Shown piece after piece: positions 39,137 through 49,900 of a stretch of 63,206 bases of DNA; the stretch's first letter is position 1; each line of letters opens with the position of its first letter. Origin of the DNA: an uncultured Succinivibrionaceae bacterium (GTDB taxonomy: Bacteria; Pseudomonadota; Gammaproteobacteria; Enterobacterales; Succinivibrionaceae); the NCBI GenBank assembly GCA_944390085.1, contig CALXOT010000129.1:1-63206 (forward strand), in the 5' to 3' direction. Under the pieces are notes generated by a model. The model worked only from the letters and a program-made list of their open reading frames with translations. It did not search any database and was not told where the DNA came from. A program made the translations under genes and the position numbers.

Positions 39137-39787
39137 ATGCGTTTTTTCATTGATACTGCAAATGTAGATGATATTCGTAAAGCCAATGATATGGGCGTTA
39201 TTTGCGGTGTTACCACCAACCCGTCCTTAATCGCCAAGGAAGGCCGCGATTTTAAGGAAGTCATCAAGGAGATCGCATCCATTGTTGACGGCCCGATTTC
39301 CGGTGAAGTCAAGGCCACCACTTTAGATGCCGAGGGCATGATTAAGGAAGCCCGCGAGATCGCAGCCATTCACCCGAACATGATCGTCAAGATCCCGATG
39401 ACCGTTGAAGGCTTAAAGGCTTGCCACATGTGCAAGGTTGAGGGCATCAAGACCAATTTAACCTTAATCTTCTCTGCCAATCAGGCTCTGCTGGCAGCTC
39501 GTGCCGGTGCTACCTACGTATCCCCGTTCTTAGGCCGCTTAGACGACATCTCCATGCCGGGTATTGACTTAATCCGTCAGATTTCTGAGATCTTTGCCGT
39601 AGGTGACATCGACTCCCAGATCATTGCCGCTTCCGTGCGCAACCCGATCCATGTCATCGACTGCGCCTTAGCCGGTGCTGACATTGCCACTGTGCCTTAC
39701 AAGGTGATCGAGCAGATGACCCACCATCCGCTGACCGATCAGGGCATTGAGAAGTTCCAGGCCGACTACAAGAAAGTCTTCGGTTAA
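39137..39787 (+). CDS. tal: Short-type transaldolase / fructose-6-phosphate aldolase family protein
   Basis: 216 aa. [15 protein letters not shown]...GVTTNPSL...VKIP are typical of the ~215-aa TalC/Fsa subfamily. A strong RBS is present. Confidence 0.85.
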   Translation: MRFFIDTANVDDIRKANDMGVICGVTTNPSLIAKEGRDFKEVIKEIASIVDGPISGEVKATTLDAEGMIKEAREIAAIHPNMIVKIPMTVEGLKACHMCKVEGIKTNLTLIFSANQALLAARAGATYVSPFLGRLDDISMPGIDLIRQISEIFAVGDIDSQIIAASVRNPIHVIDCALAGADIATVPYKVIEQMTHHPLTDQGIEKFQADYKKVFG

Positions 39788-39801
39788 TTTTTAAAACAAG
39801 G

Positions 39802-39830
39802 GAGCCGATCCGAGATCGGCTCTTTTTGTT
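39802..39830 (+). terminator. Rho-independent terminator after tal
   Basis: GAGCCGATC pairs with GATCGGCTC across a 3-nt loop, followed by TTTTTGTTTTG. Confidence 0.8.
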
Positions 39831-39941
39831 TTGTTAGCTAAAAAGGGCGCAGCCTGCAGGCAGCGCCTTAACTAAATAAAACAGCATTAAATATTAAGCA
39901 CAGCTTTCAGCTAAAGAATTAAAGCATTACAGGAGATTTAA

Positions 39942-41933
39942 ATGGCTTACAACGAGTATGCAAATGCCATCCGCGCACTGAGCATGGACGCTGTTCAGAA
40001 AGCAAATTCCGGTCATCCGGGTGCTCCGCTGGGCATGGCAGATATGGCCGAGGCCCTGTGGCGTGGTTTCTTACGTCACAATCCGAAAAATCCCAAGTGG
40101 CCCAACCGTGACCGTTTCGTGTTGTCAAACGGCCACGCCTCCATGCTGATTTACTCCCTGTTACATCTGACTGGCTACGATCTCTCCATTGAAGATATCA
40201 AGCAGTTCCGTCAGCTGGGCTCCAAGACCCCGGGTCACCCGGAATACGGTGAGGTTCCTGGTGTTGAGACCACCACCGGTCCTTTAGGCCAGGGTATTGC
40301 CAATGCTGTGGGCATGGCTTTGGCTGAGGCGGTGCTGGCCCAGCAGTTCAACCGCGAAGGCTACGACATCGTTGACCATTACACTTATGCCTTCTTAGGC
40401 GATGGCTGCCTGATGGAAGGTATTTCCCATGAGGCCTGCTCCCTGGCCGGTACCCTGGGTCTTGGCAAGCTGATTGCCCTGTATGACTCCAATGGCATCT
40501 CCATCGACGGTGAGGTCAAGAACTGGTTTGGTGATGATACCGCTGAGCGCTTCAAGGCCTACCACTGGCAGGTCATCGATGTGGCGGACGGCAATGACAG
40601 CGAGCAGGTAAGGGCTGCCATCAAGCTGGCTCAGGCTGACAAGGATCATCCGTCCTTAATCGTGTGCCATACCCAGATTGGTCATGGCTCTCCTAACAAG
40701 GGTGGCAAGTCCTCTTCCCACGGTGCCCCGCTGGGTGAGGATGAGATTGCCTTGACCCGTAAGGCCATTGGCTGGGATTATCCTCCTTTTGAGATCCCTG
40801 AACATATCTACAAGGGCTGGAATGCCGTTGAGAAGGGCGCACAGCTTGAGAGCGAGTGGAATGCCCTGTTTGACAAGTATGCTGCCGCCTATCCGGATCT
40901 GGCCGCTGAGTTCAAGCGCCGCATGGCAGGAGAGCTGCCTGCCGGCCTGCACGAGAAGGCCCGTCAGTTTGCCCAGGATCTGCAGAAGAACCCGGCTAAG
41001 ATCGCTACCCGTAAGGCCGGCCAGAATGCCCTGGACTTCTTCGGTGCCATGCTGCCTGAGTTCATCGGCGGCTCTGCTGACTTAGCCCCGTCCAACCTGA
41101 CCATGAACAAGGCTTCTGTCTCCATCGCCCCGCACGTCATTAATGGTAACTATATCCACTGGGGTGTGCGTGAGTTTGCCATGGCAGCCTGCATGAACGG
41201 TATCCTGCTGCACGGCGGTTTCCGTCCGTATGGCGGCACCTTCCTCATCTTCTCTGAATATGCACGTAATGCCATCCGCATGTCTGCTCTGATGAAGATC
41301 CCGACCGTGTACGTGTTCACCCACGACTCTATCGGTGTGGGCGAGGACGGCCCGACCCATGAGCCTATTGAGCAGACTGCCACCCTGCGTCTGGTTCCTA
41401 ATCTCGATACTTGGCGTCCTTGCGATCAGGTCGAGACTGCTGTGGCCTGGACCCACATGGTGGAGCGTAAGGACGGCCCGTCTGACATCGTGCTGACCCG
41501 TCAGGGGCTGGAGCAGCTTGACCGTACCGAGGCTCAGGTTGATGCCATCGCTAAGGGCGGTTACGTGCTCAAGGATTGCGACGGTACTCCGGACTTAATC
41601 ATCATCGGTACCGGTTCTGAGACTGCACTGGCCTATCATGCAGCTGAAAAGCTGACTGCTGAGGGCAAGAAGGTGCGCGTGGTCTCCATGCCTTGCGCCG
41701 AGGTCTTTGATCGTCAGGACTGCGCCTACAAGGAGAGCGTGCTGCCTAAGGCCGTACGTGCCCGTGTGGCAGTTGAGGCCGGTGTCACCGCTGACTGGTA
41801 CAAGTATGTAGGCCTGGATGGCGCTGTCTTAGGACTTGACACCTACGGTGCCTCTGCTCCGGCCAACCAGCTCTTTGAGAAGTTTGGCTTTACGGTGGAC
41901 AATCTGGTCAAGGTCTGCAAGAGCGTGCTCTAA
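39942..41933 (+). CDS. tkt: Transketolase
   Basis: 663 aa. [17 protein letters not shown] and overall collinearity with TktA. Confidence 0.95.
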   Translation: MAYNEYANAIRALSMDAVQKANSGHPGAPLGMADMAEALWRGFLRHNPKNPKWPNRDRFVLSNGHASMLIYSLLHLTGYDLSIEDIKQFRQLGSKTPGHPEYGEVPGVETTTGPLGQGIANAVGMALAEAVLAQQFNREGYDIVDHYTYAFLGDGCLMEGISHEACSLAGTLGLGKLIALYDSNGISIDGEVKNWFGDDTAERFKAYHWQVIDVADGNDSEQVRAAIKLAQADKDHPSLIVCHTQIGHGSPNKGGKSSSHGAPLGEDEIALTRKAIGWDYPPFEIPEHIYKGWNAVEKGAQLESEWNALFDKYAAAYPDLAAEFKRRMAGELPAGLHEKARQFAQDLQKNPAKIATRKAGQNALDFFGAMLPEFIGGSADLAPSNLTMNKASVSIAPHVINGNYIHWGVREFAMAACMNGILLHGGFRPYGGTFLIFSEYARNAIRMSALMKIPTVYVFTHDSIGVGEDGPTHEPIEQTATLRLVPNLDTWRPCDQVETAVAWTHMVERKDGPSDIVLTRQGLEQLDRTEAQVDAIAKGGYVLKDCDGTPDLIIIGTGSETALAYHAAEKLTAEGKKVRVVSMPCAEVFDRQDCAYKESVLPKAVRARVAVEAGVTADWYKYVGLDGAVLGLDTYGASAPANQLFEKFGFTVDNLVKVCKSVL

Positions 41934-42380
41934 ACTCTCATTCATTGCAATGAAAAATTGCCGTCCCCTTAAAGCTTAAGGGGGCGGGTTTCAGCCCTGC
42001 AGGGGGTAGTCCTTGCAGGGCTGTTCTGTTCCTTGGGCAAAATTTTTCTTTTGTGAGCCCTGATACTTAAGTTCATGCAGCGTAGGTGCTTTCTTGTGCC
42101 TAAAGCATAGTTTGTCTCTCTCAGGGCTTCTTTTGCAGCAGGCTTTTGTGCGCTGATGCGCACAATTGATGAAACCGCTCAGCCCGGGCAGTGAGGGCTG
42201 CGCAAAGGCGCATTGCCATGCGCCACAATGGGCGGGCGGAAGGCGGCGGCAGCGTGGATTTTTTCCTTAATCTTAGCTACAATGAGCCTTGATCAGAAGC
42301 CCCGGTAAACAAGATTCCTGCGGTACTGGTACTAGACAAATATTCAAGTAAAAACATTAGAGAAACAGAGGAAATTTAAT

Positions 42381-43550
42381 ATGGCAATCTTAAAAATGGC
42401 CGACCTCGACCTTCAGGGCAAGCGTGTTTTAATCCGTGCTGATTTAAACGTGCCGCTCAAGGATGGCAAAGTAGCCTCCGACAAGCGCATCATGGCAACC
42501 CTGCCTACCATTAAGCTTGCACTTGAGAAGGGCGCTAAGGTGATGGTGATCTCCCATTTAGGCCGCCCCACTGAGGGTGAGTATGCCGAGGAGTTCTCCT
42601 TAAAGCCGGTGGCCGAATATATGCAGACCAAGCTTGATTGCCCGGTTCGTCTGGTCAAGGATTACTTAGATGGCGTAGAAGTTAACGCCGGTGAAGTGGT
42701 GGTGCTGGAAAACTGCCGCTTCAACAAGGGTGAGAAGAAGAATGAAGAAGGGCTGGCCCGCAAGTATGCCGCTTTGTGCGATGTGTTTGTGATGGATGCT
42801 TTCGGTACTGCCCACCGCGCCCAGGGCACCACTTACGGTGCCGCCCAGTTTGCCCCGGTGGCTTGCGCTGGTCCGCTTTTGGCAGCTGAGCTGGAGGCTT
42901 TAGGCAAGGTGATGGATAACCCGGCCCGTCCGATGGTGGCTGTGGTGGCCGGCTCCAAGGTTTCCACCAAGTTGCCGGTCTTAAACAGCCTGTTGCAGGT
43001 TGCCGATTACCTGGTGGTCGGCGGTGGTATCGCCAATACCTTCATGGCAGCCCGTGGTGCCAAGGTCGGTAAATCCCTGTATGAGCCCGATTTAATTCCT
43101 ACTGCCCAGGATCTTGACAAGAAGACTACTATCCCTGAGTTCGTGGACGTGGTGGTAGGCAAGGAATTTGCTGAGAATACCCCGGCTATCGTCAAGGACT
43201 TAAAGGATGTGGCTGATGATGACATGATCATGGATTTAGGTCCGAAGTCCATGGAGAATATCAACAAGGTCATCCGTGAGGCCAAGACCATTATGTGGAA
43301 TGGCCCGGTGGGCGTCTTTGAGTTTGATCAGTTCGCTTCCGGCACCAAGTCCCTGGCTGATGCCATTGCTGATTCTGAAGGCTTCTCTGTAGCCGGCGGT
43401 GGTGATACCATCAATGCTATTCAGAAGTTCGGCGTCACTGATAAGATCTCCTATATTTCAACTGGCGGTGGGGCTTTCCTGGAGTTCGTGGAAGGCAAGA
43501 AGCTTCCTGCCGTTGAGATTTTGGAAAAGCGTGCCGCTGAGGCTAAATAA
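42381..43550 (+). CDS. pgk: Phosphoglycerate kinase
   Basis: 389 aa. RADLNVP, SHLGRP and the C-terminal GGGA.LEF motif. Confidence 0.95.
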   Translation: MAILKMADLDLQGKRVLIRADLNVPLKDGKVASDKRIMATLPTIKLALEKGAKVMVISHLGRPTEGEYAEEFSLKPVAEYMQTKLDCPVRLVKDYLDGVEVNAGEVVVLENCRFNKGEKKNEEGLARKYAALCDVFVMDAFGTAHRAQGTTYGAAQFAPVACAGPLLAAELEALGKVMDNPARPMVAVVAGSKVSTKLPVLNSLLQVADYLVVGGGIANTFMAARGAKVGKSLYEPDLIPTAQDLDKKTTIPEFVDVVVGKEFAENTPAIVKDLKDVADDDMIMDLGPKSMENINKVIREAKTIMWNGPVGVFEFDQFASGTKSLADAIADSEGFSVAGGGDTINAIQKFGVTDKISYISTGGGAFLEFVEGKKLPAVEILEKRAAEAK

Positions 43551-43566
43551 TTTCTGGTGAGAATAA

Positions 43567-43594
43567 GGGGCATCCTGGGAAGGATGCCTTTTAT
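43567..43594 (+). terminator. Hairpin + T-run between pgk and fba (terminator/attenuator)
   Basis: GGCATCC pairs with GGATGCC, followed by TTTTAT. Confidence 0.55.
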
Positions 43595-43641
43595 CCATCT
43601 CCTGATTTTCTGGTATTAACTTATAAACACAGGCATTAGAT

Positions 43642-44724
43642 ATGACTAAGATTTTAGATGTTGTGAAGCCCGGCGTACTGTGGGGCGAGGATGTTCAGAA
43701 GCTGTTTGCTGTGGCCAAAGAAAATGGCTACGCCTTCCCGGCTGTCAACTGTGTGGGCACCAATACCATCAACGCCGTGCTTGAGGCTGCTGCAAAGGCT
43801 CGTTCTGCCGTAATCGTGCAGTTCTCCAACGGCGGTGCTGCCTTCGTGGCCGGCAAGGGCTTAAAGACCGACCGTCCGCAGGGTAATTCCATCATCGGTG
43901 CAATTTCCGGTGCCTTGCATGTGCACAATGTGGCCAAGGAATATGGCGTGCCGGTAGTGCTGCACACTGATCACTGCGCCAAGAAGTTAATTCCGTGGGT
44001 TGAGGGCATGCTCGACTTCGGTGAGGAATATTTTGCCAAGAACGGCCGTCCGCTGTTCTCCTCCCATATGCTCGACCTGTCTGAGGAGTCCCTGGAGGAC
44101 AATATCGCCATTTGCTGCAAGTTCCTGGAGCGCATGGCCAAGATGGGCATGACCCTGGAGCTGGAGTTAGGCTGCACCGGCGGTGAGGAAGATGGCGTAG
44201 ACAATTCCGGTAAGGATGAGAGCGCCCTGTACACCCAGCCTAAGGACGTGGCTTATGCCTATGAGAAGTTAAGCGCCATTTCCCCGAACTTCACCATCGC
44301 AGCCTCTTTTGGCAATGTTCATGGTGTGTACAAGCCTGGTAACGTCAAGCTGACCCCGACCATCCTGCGTGACTCCCAGAAGTACGTCAAGGAGAAGTTT
44401 GGTCTGAAGGAAGACAAGCCGATGAACTTAGTGTTCCACGGCGGTTCAGGTTCTTCACCGGCGGAGATCGCTGAGGCTGTGTCCTATGGTGTCATCAAGA
44501 TGAACATCGATACTGACACTCAGTGGGCCAACTGGAACGGTATCCGTACCTACTACGAGGCAAACCGCGATTATCTGCAGGGTCAGCTCGGCAACCCGAC
44601 CGGCCCGGATGCCCCGAACAAGAAGTACTATGATCCGCGCGTATGGCTGCGCAAGGGCGAAGAGTCCATGGTTGAGCGCGTGATCGAAGCCTTCAAGGAG
44701 TTAGGCTCCTACGATTCACTGTAA
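43642..44724 (+). CDS. fbaA: Fructose-bisphosphate aldolase, class II
   Basis: 360 aa. FPAVNCVGT..., LHTDHC, and pgk-fba adjacency as in enterobacteria. Confidence 0.95.
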   Translation: MTKILDVVKPGVLWGEDVQKLFAVAKENGYAFPAVNCVGTNTINAVLEAAAKARSAVIVQFSNGGAAFVAGKGLKTDRPQGNSIIGAISGALHVHNVAKEYGVPVVLHTDHCAKKLIPWVEGMLDFGEEYFAKNGRPLFSSHMLDLSEESLEDNIAICCKFLERMAKMGMTLELELGCTGGEEDGVDNSGKDESALYTQPKDVAYAYEKLSAISPNFTIAASFGNVHGVYKPGNVKLTPTILRDSQKYVKEKFGLKEDKPMNLVFHGGSGSSPAEIAEAVSYGVIKMNIDTDTQWANWNGIRTYYEANRDYLQGQLGNPTGPDAPNKKYYDPRVWLRKGEESMVERVIEAFKELGSYDSL

Positions 44725-44777
44725 TTTGAAGTTACGTAGTAAGTAGTGCAGTAATTTCCCTGCACCGTAAACACCGT

Positions 44778-44806
44778 AAAATCCCTGCCAGCTGGCGGGG
44801 ATTTTT
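44778..44806. terminator. Terminator after fba
   Basis: A 12-bp stem AAAATCCCTGCC/GGCGGGGATTTT (one G-T pair) with loop AGCT. T-runs allow termination in both directions. Confidence 0.7.
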
Positions 44807-44894
44807 AGTATGCGGCAAGATGCTGCAAAAGCACAGCTGTCAGCACTTTTCCCTGCGGAGCCTGAAAGAGGCGGGGCTTGTGATCTGGCATTGA

Positions 44895-44922
44895 TGAAAA
44901 AACCCCGCATCCGCGGGGTTTT
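44895..44922. terminator. Terminator after fliD (minus strand)
   Basis: AACCCCGC pairs with GCGGGGTT across loop ATCC. The A-run on the plus strand gives a T-run on the minus strand. Confidence 0.7.
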
Positions 44923-44953
44923 GCTCAAAAGTGCAGTTGCTTTGTAACTTTGA

Positions 44954-46408
44954 TCAGAGCACAGAGCTTAAGTAGCTCAGCGAGGTGTTGTAGCCTGAGA
45001 TCATAGTATCAAGGTTGGCATATTTCTGGCGCAGGCTTTCTTCATATTGCTCCAGATATGCTTCATTTTCAGTTTCCCGGGCCTCGACATCAGCGATGGT
45101 CTGATTGAGCTCATCCTCGCGCTGGGCCAGCAAGCCACCAGACTTGGTGTAGTCCTCAATCATGGTATCAAGCTTGGAGAGCATGCCGTCCTCACCGGAG
45201 AAGGCATTGACCACCAGATTGAAGTTGTCAGACAGCTGTTCCTTGAAGGTGGTGGCATCCAGCTCCAGGGTACCGTCTGAATTGAACTCCACGCCCATGT
45301 TGTAGATAGAGGTACGGTTTGTACCTTCCCCGGTGAAACCAAAGGAGGTAACGAAGTTCTGCAGTTGGCTCTTTAAGGAGCGCAGCATGGAGTCACCGGC
45401 CAGATCACCGCCGTCATAATTGTTCTCACCGTCGGTGTAGGTATTGTGCTTGTACAAGTCGTCCATGGTGGACATCAAGGTATTGTACGCAGACACGAAC
45501 TCCTGCATCTTCTTGGTGACGGCGTCATAGTCCTCACTTATTGACATGTTATAGGTGTTGTAGACGGTGTTACCGTCAGCATCCTTTTCGTCAGCAGCTG
45601 TCACCTTTTTAGCCGTGAGGGTGATGCCTGAAATCTGGGTGTCAAAAACATTGCTCTCAGAGTGCACCTCATTGCCGTCCACCGTGATGATGGCATCCTT
45701 GGCGGCGGTATGCTTCCAACCATCCTGCTCTCCGTCTGTGGTCAGTCCGCCCTGGTAATTGAAGAAATCAAGGCTCTGTGCCCCGCTGCCGGATTGGCCG
45801 GATACGGAGATGGTAAGGTTATTGTTTTCCTCACCTGATTTACCCGAATCGATAGTGAGGGTATAACCATCCTTGCCCTGCACCAGGTTGGCGGTGATCC
45901 CCAGATCGTTGTCGTTGATGCGCCTTCTGATCTGCTCAATGGAATCCCCTTCCTGCACATTGACTGTAAAGCTTATATCTTTACCATCCTCCTCCTTTCC
46001 GAGGCTGAAGGTTAAGGTGCCGGCTTCAAACTTATTGTTGTCATCGGTGATGTTTAAACTGGTGGAAATTTTTTCCGTGGATGCCAGTTGCTTTACTGCA
46101 ATGTCATAGGACATGTTGGAGGCATCATCTTCAGCCTCTACCGTAAAATAGGTGGTATCCGAGGGCTGATCAATGGTGACCGCACGTTGGTTGAAGGCAT
46201 TGTCTTCAGTAAAAGCCTGCAGACTTTTCTGGAAGGTCTCCAGGGCAGACTTGAGCTTGCCTACACCAGAAAGCTCCAGATTGGCGTTTTCCTTTTTAGT
46301 AGTGGTTACACTTTCAAGTGAAGCACGCTTACTTTCCAGGGTCGCTGAGATGATCGATTCAAAGTCGATGCCGGAGGCGGCACCGGCAGAAGTAATACTT
46401 GAAGCCAT
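44954..46408 (-). CDS. fliD: Flagellar filament cap protein FliD (hook-associated protein 2)
   Basis: The N-terminus ...SGIDFESIISATLESKR...LSGVGKLKSALETFQ and the C-terminus ...YEESLRQKYANLDTMISGYNTSLSYLSS are the FliD terminal heptad regions. RBS AAGGAG. Confidence 0.85.
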   Translation of the reverse strand: MASSITSAGAASGIDFESIISATLESKRASLESVTTTKKENANLELSGVGKLKSALETFQKSLQAFTEDNAFNQRAVTIDQPSDTTYFTVEAEDDASNMSYDIAVKQLASTEKISTSLNITDDNNKFEAGTLTFSLGKEEDGKDISFTVNVQEGDSIEQIRRRINDNDLGITANLVQGKDGYTLTIDSGKSGEENNNLTISVSGQSGSGAQSLDFFNYQGGLTTDGEQDGWKHTAAKDAIITVDGNEVHSESNVFDTQISGITLTAKKVTAADEKDADGNTVYNTYNMSISEDYDAVTKKMQEFVSAYNTLMSTMDDLYKHNTYTDGENNYDGGDLAGDSMLRSLKSQLQNFVTSFGFTGEGTNRTSIYNMGVEFNSDGTLELDATTFKEQLSDNFNLVVNAFSGEDGMLSKLDTMIEDYTKSGGLLAQREDELNQTIADVEARETENEAYLEQYEESLRQKYANLDTMISGYNTSLSYLSSVL

Positions 46409-46489
46409 ATTTTGCTCCTTGCTCTTGACAGAGCTCTTTCAAGCAAAAATTATGCCTGAAAGACAGCTAAACCTACACTTTTCTACTGA

Positions 46490-46519
46490 TTATAACGGCA
46501 GGAAGGGGCTGTAACTTTA
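46490..46519 (-). promoter_or_regulatory. sigma28 (FliA) promoter of fliD
   Basis: The minus strand reads TAAAGTTA-N12-GCCGTTATAA, against the consensus TAAAGTTT-N11-GCCGATAA. It lies about 80 nt upstream of the fliD ATG. Confidence 0.7.
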
Positions 46520-46903
46520 GCTTTTTTAATTCGGACTAAAGTTTTTTCTCAAGTGCTGTCACAATCAGCGGCAGGTTGCGGCTTTACTAGATGGCAGCAG
46601 GAGCAGCGGTAGATTCAGGGCCTGGTTCCCTGCGTTCATACTACAGACAGGGGAGAGCTGTCAGTCTGCCGTAACTTTAAGGCTCAAGCTGCAGGCTGTA
46701 TCCTGAACGGTGCCAGGGCAATGCTTTGAGGGCAGCAGAAGTGGCAAGCCTTTGCCGCGTTAAGCTGGTACTTAGCAGTGAAATTTGCTGAGCCCTTAGC
46801 AGGGTGTTTAAGTGGGAGGCAGCTGGCAGCTTGAGGGAAAATCTCCGGGCAGCAGAGCCGGGAGTAGCATGCTATAGCTAAAGGAAGATCTAAGCCCCAT
46901 CTT

Positions 46904-49900
46904 TTAGAAGCGGTAGGCAAAATCGGCTGCCACATTAAAACCGTCAAGCTCGGGACCCTTCACAAAGCCACAGTTAAGTCCTGCAGAAAAGCCGTTTATG
47001 AAGTTAAAGCCGGCACTGAGGTTAAGATAAGCGCCGCTGCGTCTGTCACGCTCCAGCTCTGAGTCAAAGGCGGGGGCAGAGTCATATCTGAAGGCCGCTT
47101 CGGTGTGATCCTCATCATCCAGGGTGTCATGGAAAAATGCTGCACTGGCAGCAAGCATCACCGTATTGCCGGGGGACAAGTCCTGTTCCAGCTTGAAGCG
47201 CCAGCCCAGTTCCAGTGGCAGGCTGTCGTAGGTACTGCTGTCCACCACCAGGGCGGCGCCGCCACTTTCGTCAATATCCGGCGTGTGCAGCAGCGCATAG
47301 TTTGCTCCGGCAAAGGGGCCGGTACGCAGCTTATAGTCAGGCCCGATAAAGAGCAGATCATAACCTACTGCTGTGTTGGCGCTGCCAGTGAAAGCCAGCC
47401 AGTCGCTGTCCAGCTCTGCGCGGTAGCCGTTAACGCGTACGCTACGATCCATGTCGCCCTCCTGTAGTCCTGCGCGCACGCTGCCCTGCAGGTAAAAGCC
47501 CTCTGATGCTGGCCGGTAGATGGCGCGCAGTCCGGCCAGAGCAGTGACAGCGTCATAAGATGCCTCGTTGTCGCCACTGACATCAGTGCTCAAGGTGCTT
47601 AAAGTAAGGTTGATGCCTGCGCTTAAGGCAGGACTTATCCTGGTGTCAGCGCCGACTACGGCACTAAAGCCCTGGCTGTCCCAGGACGCGCCGTCAGAAT
47701 CGTAGCCACTGTACAGCAGGTTGCCGTAAATATGGGTACCGTAGCGCGCAGGCAGCGCTTCAGCCCATTGACTGAACTGCAGCTGCCGCTCTTCAGTCTG
47801 CAGCTGGCGCAGTACAGACTGGGCGGCGGCACTGTAGCTTTCAGCGCTTATTGAGTGCAGGGCCTTACGAATGTCGCTGCCCGAGAGGGAGGAAAAGTCC
47901 AGGGCAGCTAACAGATCGGCGTAAGGCGAAGCTGCACTGTCAGTAAGTCCCAGCAGGGCAAAGCCTACGGCAGTGGTAGCCGGGCTGTCAGCATATTGGG
48001 CGTAAGCATCCGCGCTACGGCTGACGGTTGCACTGGTCACGACACTGACGGCATCAGTGCTGCTCTCCGTAGTAGAGCTGATCCCGGTAAAATTCAGGGT
48101 AGGCGACAAGGCCCCCAGAGCGCTCTGCTCAAAGTTCCCGCTAATATTGCCTGTAAACGTGACCTTGGTCTGTTGCTTATCGCCGCTGCAATAGTAATCC
48201 TGCGCCAACAGTAGCTCCAGGTTGCCGCCAAGGTTTGCACTTTCAGTTTCAGCAACGGCTCCAGCGGGCAGCCTGAGCACGCTGCCCTCGTTCAGGCTCA
48301 GTGTAGTGGCCGTGAGCGCCACTCCATTGTCATCGCTGCCCAGCACTGTAAGTTCCCCGTGATTTGTCAGTGACAAGGTCTTGCTATAGCCTGTAACCGT
48401 AAGTTCACCGTCATGCAAGCTCAGATCAAGGCTCTGCTGTCCGTCAATAGAACCGTAAAGAGTCAGCCCAAAGTCCTGCAGATCGGATCTTGTGCTCTGA
48501 ACGTTGCCAAAATTAAGAGCGGTGGTGAGATCAATGTCAGAGACTTCCGTGACATAGTCAGAAAGAAGGGGATTTGCCGGATCCCACTTTGAGATAATAT
48601 TGCCGTAGATAGCGGCTCCGGGCAGCACATTGATCTCCTGCACTAAGGCATTGTCGGAGATATAGATGGCAGCCTGGCTGCCTGCTATGGTGCCGCTGAT
48701 ATTCACTTCAGACATCAGCGCATCGTCGTTGATGATCTCAAAACCGCTGTAATCCGTATAGGCCTTGCCCCAGTTACCGCTTTCGTTTTTGCCGTACAGC
48801 AGATCTTTTCCTTCTGCGTACCAGATGTAGGAACCGCGCAGCTCGGTATCGTTGCTCAGCAGGTTGCCGCCAAAATCAAAGCGCAGCGCCACGCCGTTGC
48901 TGCCCAGGGCGGTGATGGTTCCGCCGGCATTGAGCACGTGATTTTTGCCGTAGGCAAAGAGCACGCCGGTGCCGTTAGTGCCATCTGCCCTTACCTGTAC
49001 CCCATCTGTAACCGTCACCGTATTGTTCGCCCCATCCACGCGGATGCCGGTGCCCCCGGTTCCGCCTGCTAGCAGATCAGCCGCCTGCGTCACTGTATTG
49101 CTGCTGCCGTAGATATGCAGGCCGGTGCCTAAGGTGGCGGTATTGACCACTCCTGTCAGATAAGCGCTGCCCTCAGCATTGCGGGCATAAAAGCCCTGGG
49201 TGTTGACGATAGTCTGTCCGTCACCGTAAACCGATCTGCCGTAGTAATTTTTACGGTCAATGCTATAGCCCAGATCCTGCATGGCTGCGAGCTCTGCTTC
49301 CATGAAGAAAGTGTAGTTGCGGTAATTCTGATGGCTCATCATGGAGCGTTCCAGTTCAAAATGCGACAGCTCAACGGAGATGCTCTCGACGCAATCGATA
49401 TCCTCGCACTCATAGCCGTTAACCGGAATGCCACGTAGATCTGAGCCTGCCAGCACCTCACTGACGTGCTCCCCGCAAAAATAAACCTCTGACTGTGCCT
49501 CCTTGCCTACCAGAAAAACGTTTTGGTCAAGGTCATCGAGATCATCATCAGTCAATTCATCAAAGCACATAATCTTCATGCCGTGCTCATATTGCTGTCC
49601 GCGCACGTCATAGAGAAAATTATTGTAATTGAGTTCATAATCGTATGAAAAGTTGATGCCCAAGGCATGACCGAACTCATGAAATATGGTGGACAGGTAA
49701 TCAAAGCCTCTGCCATCAGACAATGGATGCCAGTTTTCTGCATACTGAAAGTCAAGGCCCTGACCTATCAGTACGTAAAGCGGGAACTGTGCCTCTATAT
49801 CCTGCGTGATCTGTCCTATCGATCCCACCACGCCAAGTGGCTTACTTGAGGCATCGAGGTTGGGGAAAGTGGCTGCAGCGGCATTCGCGTAATCCTGACC

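Noticed and set aside
41969-42163. The 64-aa basic minus-strand ORF in the tkt-pgk spacer.
   Set aside because: It covers the terminator hairpins, has no RBS, and its composition (Arg/Lys/Pro) looks like chance translation.
46684-46947. The 87-aa minus-strand ORF overlapping the autotransporter stop. Considered as a possible flaG-like gene upstream of fliD.
   Set aside because: It overlaps the 3' end of the autotransporter CDS in another frame, is Cys/Pro/Ala-rich, has no RBS, and bears no resemblance to FlaG.
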